A DNA stretch of 64,000 bases from Vulcanimicrobiota bacterium. Lineage in GTDB: Bacteria; Vulcanimicrobiota; Xenobia; Xenobiales; JADMJV01. Numbering within the stretch: position 1 is the stretch's first letter; every line of letters begins with the position of its first letter. The notes beneath the pieces were generated by a model. That model did not search any database, was not told where the DNA came from, and was given only the letters and a program-made list of their open reading frames with translations. The position numbers were made by a program, and so were the translations under genes. The DNA lies in NCBI GenBank assembly GCA_050250895.1, contig JBFWNU010000001.1:1320008-1384007 (forward strand), read 5' to 3'. Of this stretch, positions 17,821 through 26,272 are shown piece by piece.

Positions 17821-20196
17821 TTAGAGCCGTCGTGAGACGGGTATCCAGACGATCCCGAAGTTGACCAACCGCACATCCGACTTGGCCAGCCGCACCTGGC
17901 GCTCTTCGATGCCAGCCAGAGCACGGTTCTCTTTCTCTTCGATGGCTTCGGTCTCGCGTTGGAGCTGGTCGGCCAGTTCCTGCATCTTCTCTTCGAGTTC
18001 AGACAGGTCATCGCCGGCGTGTTCGGCCTTCAGCTTGGCGTTGCTGGCCGTGCGGTGCTTGGAGAGGGCACCAGAAATGGTGCCCCGGCGGCGACGGGTG
18101 AACATTCCCAGCAGCATCTCGCCCACCTGGAAGAGCTGTTCGGTGCGACGTCCCGAGGCGGTGGCTTCCAGTTCGGCCACGCGCTGTTTTTGCCGGTTGA
18201 TGCGCTCTTCCAGGCGCTTGACCTCTTTATCGTAGCGGTCGCGTAGCCTGGCCACCTGGGCGTCGACCCGTTCGTTGATGGCCTGCTGGCAGCGCGCCTC
18301 GAAGTCGGCTCGGCTCTCGCCCTCGCGACCATAGAGCTTGAGCTCGGCGTTGACCCACTGGCCCCGCGAAACGTTGCGATAGATGCTGTTGAGCAGTTCG
18401 TCGCGCGCGGCCTTGAGTTCCTTGTCCTCATCGAGGATGTCCGGTAGCGGTTCGAATACTCCGTCAGGGTGAGGGCTGGTCATCAGGTCGCCGTCTTCCA
18501 AGAGAGCCCTCAGGCTGTCGGCTGGTAGGCCTTTGTCGAGGGGAAAGTAGAGCCGGTGGTGGTGTTCGTCGAGGCTGAAGCCTCCCTGTTTTTGATCGAA
18601 CCGCAGCTGTAACTCGCCGTGGAGGGCGGGCCGATAGAGTAGCTTGCCGTCAGCTCGCCTGGGCTCGGCGAAATCGGCAAAAAGACCTTCGAGGCGAGCC
18701 GAGAAGACGGCGTTGGGAGCGAGGAACAGGTTGGAATAGCCGCTGGGTACGGGGGGCGGATTGCTGCTGCCCGACCTGGATTGGCTCACTTCGGGACTGC
18801 CCGGCGAGGGAAGGTTCTCGACCGGCGGTTGGGCGGTGGCCAGTTTGGCCAACTCGGCTCCAGTCACCGGGCCGCGCAGATAGCTCATAGCCCAGCGCAC
18901 CTGGTAGAGGACTGGCTTTTCCTGGGAGGCTTCCTTCAGCATGAAGACGCGCGGTTTGAGTTGATCAAAATAGCTCTTGAGCGCCTCGCGGTCGAGGCCC
19001 CCGGCGGCCGACATCAAGCCGTCCAGGATACGGTCGCGGTCCTGGGCTGTCTGGAGGCGCCCGATCCACCAGCTACCGGCGTTCGAGATGGCTTTGTAGT
19101 CGACATCGACGGGATTCTGGGTGGCCAGTAACATGCCCAGGCCCACGGCTCGAGACTGTTTCATCAGCGTGAGGATGGGCTTCTTGCTGGCCGGATTGGC
19201 CGGATGGGGCGGCAGATAGCCGCTGACCTCGTCGAAATAGACCAGAGCGCGCAGGCCGCTCGAACCGGCCAGGGAGCGACTCCAGGCCAGCACCCGCTCC
19301 ATGAACAAGCTGACGAAGAATTGCCGCTCCTGCTCATTGAGGTGAGCCAGATAGAACACCGAGACCGGCACTTTGCCGTTGTCGGTGGCCGTGAGCGCTC
19401 CAACATCCAGGGGGCTGCCCTTCATCCAGCTGGCGAAGCTGGGCGAGGCCAGCACTCCATTAAGAGCCATGGCCAACTTCAGGCGGTCATCAGGAGCGAA
19501 AAACGAGTCCAGCGGAAAGACTCCCACCTTCTTGAAAGGCGGGTCGACCAGGCGGGTGATGATGGCTTCCAGGTTGAGATCCTCGCCTTTTTCCCAGCTT
19601 TCGTCCAGAATCTGGACCAGCACGATATGGCGCGGATCCCGCACCGGGTCGGCCTCTACCCCGACCAGACTTAGAAGGCCTGTCACCGTCCCTGCCGCCA
19701 ACTCGGTGCGGGCGCTGGCGTCGGCCAGCACCTCGGCCTCGGGACAGCGGAACGCGCCCAGCAGGTTGACCGGCTGGCCGGCCTCGGAGCCCGGAGTGTA
19801 GACGGTGAGCGCCATCTTGTTCTTGAGTTCGGCCAGCCGCTGGTGGGGGATGCCCCACTCGGTCAACCCGGATCGCCAGCGCTCGGCGGTCGTGGCGGCT
19901 GCTGTGGTGGGATCGGCTCCGGCCCGGTGGGCGGCGTCTTTGTCTACCCAGGGCTCGAACGAGGCCGCATCCAGGCCCGGAAAGACCAGTCCCAGGTTGG
20001 GCAGGTCGCCTTTGGGATCGATTAGCAACAAAGGAACTCCGGCCAGCACCAGCTCTTCGAGAATGGTCACCGAGAGGCCGGTTTTGCCCGATCCTGTCAT
20101 TCCGAAGATGAGCCCGTGGGTGACCAGGTGATCGGGGTCGTAGGTGCACGGTTGCCCGCCATCGAGTTGGCGGCCGAGTTCGAGTTTCTGTGCCAA
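17821..20196 (-). CDS. HerA/FtsK-like (DUF87) P-loop ATPase with C-terminal coiled coil
   Basis: Walker A GMTGSGKT, IDPKGD, Walker B LVYFDE, ATQNP; SD AGGAGG before the TTG start. Confidence 0.85.
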   Translation of the reverse strand: MAQKLELGRQLDGGQPCTYDPDHLVTHGLIFGMTGSGKTGLSVTILEELVLAGVPLLLIDPKGDLPNLGLVFPGLDAASFEPWVDKDAAHRAGADPTTAAATTAERWRSGLTEWGIPHQRLAELKNKMALTVYTPGSEAGQPVNLLGAFRCPEAEVLADASARTELAAGTVTGLLSLVGVEADPVRDPRHIVLVQILDESWEKGEDLNLEAIITRLVDPPFKKVGVFPLDSFFAPDDRLKLAMALNGVLASPSFASWMKGSPLDVGALTATDNGKVPVSVFYLAHLNEQERQFFVSLFMERVLAWSRSLAGSSGLRALVYFDEVSGYLPPHPANPASKKPILTLMKQSRAVGLGMLLATQNPVDVDYKAISNAGSWWIGRLQTAQDRDRILDGLMSAAGGLDREALKSYFDQLKPRVFMLKEASQEKPVLYQVRWAMSYLRGPVTGAELAKLATAQPPVENLPSPGSPEVSQSRSGSSNPPPVPSGYSNLFLAPNAVFSARLEGLFADFAEPRRADGKLLYRPALHGELQLRFDQKQGGFSLDEHHHRLYFPLDKGLPADSLRALLEDGDLMTSPHPDGVFEPLPDILDEDKELKAARDELLNSIYRNVSRGQWVNAELKLYGREGESRADFEARCQQAINERVDAQVARLRDRYDKEVKRLEERINRQKQRVAELEATASGRRTEQLFQVGEMLLGMFTRRRRGTISGALSKHRTASNAKLKAEHAGDDLSELEEKMQELADQLQRETEAIEEKENRALAGIEERQVRLAKSDVRLVNFGIVWIPVSRRL

Positions 20197-20205
20197 AGGA
20201 GCCTC

Positions 20206-21291
20206 CTATTTCAAGGGTCTGGGACGGTCAGAGATACTTCCTTCTTGCGGGTTTTCCTTGTAGACGTGCACCGGGTTGATCGACACGTTGAGGTCGATCG
20301 GCTGGCCAAGTTTGGATTCGAGCGTGGCCCTGAGCTGGATGATTTCGCTGCGACTGGGTAGTCGCGGCGAGCTGAAAGTGGCGTGAATCGGGGTCCAGTG
20401 GGTGTTGGGCTGATAGGGGCCGCGTCGAAAATCGACTAACTCGGCATCATTTTGCAGCACACCGCTGGCGAAGCTGCGCAGCACCTCGCGGATCTCGCGG
20501 TTGCTACGCGTCTCGCTGACGGTCTGCGAGAGAAAGTGGACCAGGGGGACGGTCAGGAACGCCACCAACAGAGCCGAAACCATCACTTGCCGGCGGAACT
20601 CGGGCTGGGGTTCGCCGCTGCGTTGCTGGCGAAACCCCAGCATCACGAAGATGACAATGGCGGCCAGGTTGATGGCTGCCAGGTTGGCCGCCCACAGCAG
20701 GGCGCTGCCAAAGAAAACGGCGTAGCCCGCCGAGTCCCCCGAAAACGCCACCGACAGGCCGATGCCCGTCACGCAAAGCGGGGGCATCAAGGAGACTGCG
20801 ATGGCCGCCCCGGGCAATACGCCGGCCACCCTTTTGTGGGCCTGACCCAGAGCGCCGCCGGCCCCCGCCGCCATGCCGATGAAGAGGTCGAACAGCGTCG
20901 GTCGGGTGCGACCCAGGATTTCGTTGGTGAGCACCAGTTCGGGCATGACGAAAGTCGAGGCCAGGGCCACCAGCAGGCCCAACAACAAGCCCAGAGCCAG
21001 AGTGCGCAGGCCGCGGCCGAGCAAGCTCAGGTCGCCTCGGACCACTCCCATCGAGACGCCCAGCACCGGGTTCATCAACGGGGCCAGCACCATGGCGCCG
21101 ATGATCACCGGAGCCGAGTTGGTGATGAGGCCCAGGGTGGCCACCACCGCCGAGAGCAAGATGAAGAACAGGAACTCGAAGCTGATGACGGCATTGGCTT
21201 CGATCCCCAACTGGGCTTCGAGCTGTTGCTCCTGGGCCAGGATTAAGGAAGTGCGAAAGTCGTGCAACCTCTGCCGAAAAGCGCTCCACAT
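20206..21291 (-). CDS. DUF389 (TIGR00341-type) membrane protein
   Basis: ATLGLITNSAPVIIGAMVLAPLM, EI..RT.PT.FDL, GAAIAVSLMPPL. Start uncertain. Confidence 0.85.
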   Translation of the reverse strand: MWSAFRQRLHDFRTSLILAQEQQLEAQLGIEANAVISFEFLFFILLSAVVATLGLITNSAPVIIGAMVLAPLMNPVLGVSMGVVRGDLSLLGRGLRTLALGLLLGLLVALASTFVMPELVLTNEILGRTRPTLFDLFIGMAAGAGGALGQAHKRVAGVLPGAAIAVSLMPPLCVTGIGLSVAFSGDSAGYAVFFGSALLWAANLAAINLAAIVIFVMLGFRQQRSGEPQPEFRRQVMVSALLVAFLTVPLVHFLSQTVSETRSNREIREVLRSFASGVLQNDAELVDFRRGPYQPNTHWTPIHATFSSPRLPSRSEIIQLRATLESKLGQPIDLNVSINPVHVYKENPQEGSISDRPRPLK

Positions 21292-21393
21292 CGGCGAGGG
21301 TTCCGACCGTGGGCAGGGAGGTTCCTCTTTTTGAGTCGAACAGGAACTAACAGTTTCGCAAGGGGTTGAAATATCCGAAAGGACCCGTGGCTG

Positions 21394-22101
21394 ATGACCC
21401 AACGCTTGACGCTTCTAGCTTCTGTTCTGGCCGTGGTGATTGTCCTGGCTGGGCCCGGGCAAAGTCAAAGCCATGAGTGGAGCCTGCAAGATTCGGGTCA
21501 TCCGAATCCTCGCGACCCTCTTCAAGGGCGTTCGCTCTTTCCGCCCCCGTTTGACCAACTGGTCCCGTTTCTGGGCGGGTTGGGGGGTAGTATCGATCAG
21601 GGTCGTCAGCAAGGTGACGTGGACGCTCTGCTCGAGGCGGCGGTCACTCTCCACCAGGCCGAGCGTTTGCTAGGCCGGACCAGCGGGCTGATTTCGGCTC
21701 GGGATCTGTTGCAAGAAGCTACCCAGATGGCCATCGATCAGCGCAATGTCGAGGGTCTGCGTAAGGCTCGCGGCCTGTGGTCGGATCCGGTGCGCGGTCC
21801 CAACGATCCGGGCCAGGCCCAGGCGGCGGCCGACGAACTCGAGACTCTGGAAAAACAACGCCGGGTGATGTTGGCCGCGCGTCGCTGCCAGATCGTTTTC
21901 CACAACCAAACCGACGACGAGCTGACCATCCGGCTCAATCAGGACTCGCTGGGTGTCATCAAGCCCCGACAGGCTCACGTGGTCAAAGATGTGCTGGCTG
22001 GCAACCAGCATCTCATGGCTTTTGATCGTCGTCTGGCCTGGGGCCCCCGCCGCGTCTTCGTCGGTCCAGGCGAGGTCTTCCACTGGCGCTTGTTCGACTA
22101 G
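21394..22101 (+). CDS. Secreted hypothetical protein
   Basis: N-terminal signal peptide; helical core followed by a C-terminal beta domain. Confidence 0.6.
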   Translation: MTQRLTLLASVLAVVIVLAGPGQSQSHEWSLQDSGHPNPRDPLQGRSLFPPPFDQLVPFLGGLGGSIDQGRQQGDVDALLEAAVTLHQAERLLGRTSGLISARDLLQEATQMAIDQRNVEGLRKARGLWSDPVRGPNDPGQAQAAADELETLEKQRRVMLAARRCQIVFHNQTDDELTIRLNQDSLGVIKPRQAHVVKDVLAGNQHLMAFDRRLAWGPRRVFVGPGEVFHWRLFD

Positions 22102-22859
22102 TCAGCGCAGAGCTCTTCATAGAAAGGCAGGATCTCGGCGTAGGCCTCTTCCATCTCGCGCAGGCATTCCGCGAATTTCGCTGCTTCGCCAGCAGCGGCG
22201 GCGATTTCGAGGTTCTTGGCCGCGTGCTGCACGTGCAGTGCTCCTAGCATGCCCGCCGATCCCTTCACGGTGTGGGCTGTGCGCTCGATGGTGTGGGCGT
22301 CGCCCTGCTCGATGCACTCGCGTAATTGGACGAGGTTGGCCGGGGTCTTGTGCAAGAACATTCCCACCACCCGCTGCACCAGAGCTTTCCCTCCCACCGC
22401 TTCGAGCTTGGCCACGGCCTCCTTGTCGAGGGGCTTCTTGGTGCGCGAACGGTGCGGTTGGGGCGAAGTGACCAGCGGCTCGCCGCGCAGCAGCGAAAGC
22501 GCCGATTGGCGAACCTCGGCGGTCGAATAGGGGGCCAGTAGGTGGGCCTTCTCCCGCTCGATTCTGCCGCGCATGCCGTCGGAATCGTGTTCGCTCGCCG
22601 AAATGATCAGAACTGGCAGAGAAAGCCCCAGTTCGCGCAACTTGTAGAGGAGTTGCAAGCCAGAGAGCCCCGGCATGTTGAGGTCGGTGATGAGGAGGTT
22701 CATGTGACGGACGTCGTCAAGCGAACTCATGGCTTCTTCGGCCGAGCCGCAAGTCCGCACGTTGCAGCCGTCTTTCTTGAGCAGCCCGGCCAGCATGGCC
22801 AATTGGGCTGCGTCATCGTTGACGACCATCACTTCAAAAGAAGGTGTTATCGCATCCAT
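22098..22859 (-). CDS. Response regulator receiver and Hpt domain protein
   Basis: VVNDD, LLITDLNMPGLSG; Hpt motif AHTVKGSAGMLGA. Confidence 0.88.
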   Translation of the reverse strand: MDAITPSFEVMVVNDDAAQLAMLAGLLKKDGCNVRTCGSAEEAMSSLDDVRHMNLLITDLNMPGLSGLQLLYKLRELGLSLPVLIISASEHDSDGMRGRIEREKAHLLAPYSTAEVRQSALSLLRGEPLVTSPQPHRSRTKKPLDKEAVAKLEAVGGKALVQRVVGMFLHKTPANLVQLRECIEQGDAHTIERTAHTVKGSAGMLGALHVQHAAKNLEIAAAAGEAAKFAECLREMEEAYAEILPFYEELCAD

Positions 22860-22920
22860 CCCCAGAGGGAACTTTCTGAGCCGAACGCCCCTTCCCTCTT
22901 CACTTCCCTATGGCTCGAGG

Positions 22921-23328
22921 CTAGTCGCCCTGCGACTTATGGCTGCGCGTCCTCTTCTTGCGGAGTTTGCGTCGTTTGAGGCGTAGCTCTTCAGACGGGC
23001 GGATGGCCTGGGTTTCTGTGCTCTCACGCATGGCTTCTTCGGGTAACTGTGCCTGGCGATGAATTCGCACCACCGGGACCCGAGCCGACAGAAGCATTTC
23101 ACCGTCCTGCTCGCGCAGTCGTAGTTCGACCTGCTCCTCGCGAAAGACCATGTAACGCTTGAGCACGTCTTCCATATCTTTCTGGACGCACTCCATCAGG
23201 GCCGGAGCCACAGTGCTGCGGTCGCCGACCAGGGCCTGCTTGAGGCGATCCCGAGCGGCGCTGCTGGAATTGTCTTTTGGCCCGAAGAGCCGGTAGAAGA
23301 AGGGGACTCTAAGTAGTAGATTGGTCAT
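22921..23328 (-). CDS. minE: Cell division topological specificity factor MinE
   Basis: SSSAARDRLK.AL..DR motif; lies directly downstream of minD. Confidence 0.85.
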   Translation of the reverse strand: MTNLLLRVPFFYRLFGPKDNSSSAARDRLKQALVGDRSTVAPALMECVQKDMEDVLKRYMVFREEQVELRLREQDGEMLLSARVPVVRIHRQAQLPEEAMRESTETQAIRPSEELRLKRRKLRKKRTRSHKSQGD

Positions 23329-23336
23329 GTGTCCTC

Positions 23337-24155
23337 CTAGCTGGCCTGGCTACCCAGGTTGACCGTCAGCATCCTCCGGACCTTGTTCCAGAAGCCGCCG
23401 TTTTGATACAGCATCGGAGCTTCGGGGTCGAGGATGCGGGCGACTACCGACCGATAGGCCTCGCCTGCGCGCGAGTTGCGGTCGAGAATGGCCGGTTCGC
23501 CCTTGTTCGAGCAGTGCACGATGCGTTCGTCTTCGGGAATCATGCCCAGCAGTTCGATATTCAGAATGTCTTGCACATCGTCCACCGAGAGCATTTGCCC
23601 CCGCTGCACGAGGCCTGGCTTGATGCGGTTGAGAAGCAGTCGGATGGTCTTGAGTTCGGCCGCTTCGAGCAGACCGACGATACGGTCGGCGTCGCGCACG
23701 GCCGAGACTTCGGGGTTGGTCACGACGATGGCCTCGTTGGCGCCAGCGATGGCGTTCTTGAAGCCCATTTCGATGCCGGCGGGACAATCGAGTAGGATGA
23801 AGTCGAAGGCCTTCTCCAGTTCCTTCACCAGCTTCTTCATCTGCTCGGGTTTGACCGAGTCTTTCTCGCGTGATTGGGCCGAGGCCAGCACGAATAGATT
23901 GTCGAAGCGCTTGTCTTTGATGAGTGCCTGACGGAAGCTGCGGCATTTGCCCTCGACGACGTCGACCAGGTCGAACACGATGCGGTTCTCGAGACCGAGC
24001 ACCAGATCGAGGTTACGCAGGCCGATATCGGTGTCGACCAGCACGACCGATTTGCCCTGAGCGGCCAGTCCCGCTCCGATGTTGGCGGTGGCGGTTGTCT
24101 TGCCGACCCCGCCTTTGCCGGAGGTGATAACGATTGCTTTCCCCAATGTGGTCAC
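23337..24155 (-). CDS. minD: Septum site-determining ATPase MinD
   Basis: SGKGGVGKTT, DIGLRNLD, DCPAGIE, VSAVRDADR; C-terminal amphipathic GFWNKVRRM. Confidence 0.97.
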   Translation of the reverse strand: MTTLGKAIVITSGKGGVGKTTATANIGAGLAAQGKSVVLVDTDIGLRNLDLVLGLENRIVFDLVDVVEGKCRSFRQALIKDKRFDNLFVLASAQSREKDSVKPEQMKKLVKELEKAFDFILLDCPAGIEMGFKNAIAGANEAIVVTNPEVSAVRDADRIVGLLEAAELKTIRLLLNRIKPGLVQRGQMLSVDDVQDILNIELLGMIPEDERIVHCSNKGEPAILDRNSRAGEAYRSVVARILDPEAPMLYQNGGFWNKVRRMLTVNLGSQAS

Positions 24156-24166
24156 TACCTTTCAAG

Positions 24167-24982
24167 TCATCGAATGGAATAGGGTTCCAGCCGGACTTCT
24201 TTACCGACCAGGACCGCTCGAGACGGTCCCTGGTTTTTCGCACGTCGGCCGTTGCTGGTTTCCAAGAAAATATCGTTGATTCTTACCTGAGTGGGTCGGA
24301 AGGAAACGGCCATCACGACCGCTTCGTGGTTGCCGGTGCAACCCGCGTGGACATTGCCCCGCAGGCTGCCGATAATGAGGATGTCCCCTTCCGCTTCGAT
24401 CTCGGCGCCGGGGTTGACGTCGCCCACCAAGACTACATTGCCGGCGAACATGACCTTTTGCCCCGAGCGCAAGTTGCGGCGGAGATAGAGGGTTGGCTCT
24501 TCGTGGAGTTCGCGAGAGGGTTCAGGAGCCTCTTCAACGCTTTCGAACTCGAGCGAAGGCTCGGTCGAAGGTTCGGCTTCCAGCGAGGGCTCTTTGGGTG
24601 GAGCCTCGGGCACAGGAGCGGGCTGGGTGGTGCGATTGCGCAGGGCTCGGCCCTGGTGTTGGGCTAGACCTAGCCGGCCGATGATGGCCTTATAGCCTTT
24701 CGATTCGGCGATACTACGCGTGTTGAGGGACGTGCTCAAGATGCCGTTGAGCACCACTTCGTGTTTAGCCAACAGGGCTTCGAGCGCTTCGAACTGCTCG
24801 ATGGTGGTCTCGCGCCAGCCGAAGTCGAAGGAAACGGAGGCTCCGCGAAGGAACTCACCGTTCGTTTCGAGGTGCTCGGCGAGCGACCTTAAGGCGATGG
24901 CGAACTCGGCCTCTTCGCGAATACTCCCGAGTAGGCCGTGGCGCGTGCCTTTGATAACCACCGGGTCTAAAGTTGTCTGCAT
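24167..24982 (-). CDS. minC: Septum site-determining protein MinC
   Basis: VVIKGTRHGL; LRSGQ, GDVNPGAEI.AEG.I.I.G.LRG.VHAG. Confidence 0.93.
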   Translation of the reverse strand: MQTTLDPVVIKGTRHGLLGSIREEAEFAIALRSLAEHLETNGEFLRGASVSFDFGWRETTIEQFEALEALLAKHEVVLNGILSTSLNTRSIAESKGYKAIIGRLGLAQHQGRALRNRTTQPAPVPEAPPKEPSLEAEPSTEPSLEFESVEEAPEPSRELHEEPTLYLRRNLRSGQKVMFAGNVVLVGDVNPGAEIEAEGDILIIGSLRGNVHAGCTGNHEAVVMAVSFRPTQVRINDIFLETSNGRRAKNQGPSRAVLVGKEVRLEPYSIR

Positions 24983-25136
24983 GGAGAAGCTCCCACAAGC
25001 CGAATTCGGCAATGTAGAAAAAAATTCTAGCTAGCTTGAAAAAAATCCTTCTCCTCTTTTTGAAAGAATCTTTCTCGAAGATGTGTTCGGCTGCCGGTGT
25101 GGCGGGATTCCGAGGGGCGCTGGGGGTCTGGAACGC

Positions 25137-25161
25137 AAAACGCCCGCCGGTTAGCGGGCGT
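25137..25161 (-). terminator. Intrinsic terminator
   Basis: ACGCCCGC-N6-GCGGGCGT hairpin with a minus-strand T tract. Confidence 0.7.
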
Positions 25162-25184
25162 CTGACCTTGAGTTTGGCCTGGAC

Positions 25185-25487
25185 TCAGGCGTTGGCCGGA
25201 GTCTCTTCGCCTTCGCGGCCTTTGACGAACAGATAGTCGAGGTTGACATAGTTCACGGCCGCGTCGATGACTTCTTGATTCTCGATCTCAGGGTGGAAGA
25301 TGATGCCAGCGGCGAAGAAGGCCGAGCGGTCGATAAAGACGCCCTTCTCTTTCTGTTGTTCGGCGAACGTCTTCACGTCGTCGTAGAGTCTGCGGATCAC
25401 TTCGCGCTCTTTTTCTGAACATTTTTGGGTAGCTTCGCCCAGGGCGACGGCTGCCTGCATCAATTCTTGCTCTTTGGGGTCCGACAT
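25185..25487 (-). CDS. Hypothetical 100-aa protein
   Basis: Strong SD AAGGAGG, a terminator directly downstream, and codon usage resembling groEL. Confidence 0.75.
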   Translation of the reverse strand: MSDPKEQELMQAAVALGEATQKCSEKEREVIRRLYDDVKTFAEQQKEKGVFIDRSAFFAAGIIFHPEIENQEVIDAAVNYVNLDYLFVKGREGEETPANA

Positions 25488-25535
25488 CGTTTCCTCCTTA
25501 TGCTCCTGGACGCGACGGTTCTTGAAAGGAGCCGA

Positions 25536-26270
25536 CTAGTCCTGTTGGCGGGCCTTTCTAGCCAGGGCCACCAGGGTCATTCCATAGGGCAGACCCGAGC
25601 GGATGACGCGGGGGACTTCCAGCTGGCAGACCCAGCTGAAGAAGCGGTTGAAGGGGGCGGGGGGGATACTCATTTCAGCGTGGGGCCGGCGGGGTAAGAG
25701 GGCCAGTAGGGCGCGGGCTGCCAGCACGATGGGTAGGATGAGCAGATTGACATAGGAGCAGTGAGTCAGAGCGAAGCCGCTGGCGACGATCTTCTCTTGC
25801 AATTCGGCTTTGCGGTAGCGTCGCTGGTGATGCACGATGCGATCGTGCTCGCCATAGAGCCAGGGCAGAGCTGGAGTATAGATCAGCAGCTGTCCTCCGG
25901 GCTTGAGGACACGGCCGAATTCGAGCAGGGCGGCCCGGTCGTCGGCGATGTGCTCGATGACGTCAAAGGCCGTGACCAAATCAAAGCTGGCGTCGTCAAA
26001 AGGTAGGCGCGTGGCGTCGGCTTGATGGACACGGGTCAAACCGCGAGCGCGGCAATACTCGAGAGCTTCAGCCGCGAAATCGACCCCGTGAACCTCGCCA
26101 AAGCGCTCGAGCAGTCGCATGTTGTAGCCGGTTCCGCAGCCCACATCGAGAATTCTCTGGGACCCGGTCAGGTTGGCCTCGAGCATGGCCAGACAGACGG
26201 CGCGACGCCCCCTGTACCACCACAGGTGCTCTTCGATGTTAAAGATGTTGTCGTAGGCAACGCTTTCCAT
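25536..26270 (-). CDS. Class I SAM-dependent methyltransferase
   Basis: E..HWWY.GRR, ILDVGCGTG, FDVIEH, H.RRY. Confidence 0.9.
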   Translation of the reverse strand: MESVAYDNIFNIEEHLWWYRGRRAVCLAMLEANLTGSQRILDVGCGTGYNMRLLERFGEVHGVDFAAEALEYCRARGLTRVHQADATRLPFDDASFDLVTAFDVIEHIADDRAALLEFGRVLKPGGQLLIYTPALPWLYGEHDRIVHHQRRYRKAELQEKIVASGFALTHCSYVNLLILPIVLAARALLALLPRRPHAEMSIPPAPFNRFFSWVCQLEVPRVIRSGLPYGMTLVALARKARQQD

Positions 26271-26272
26271 GA

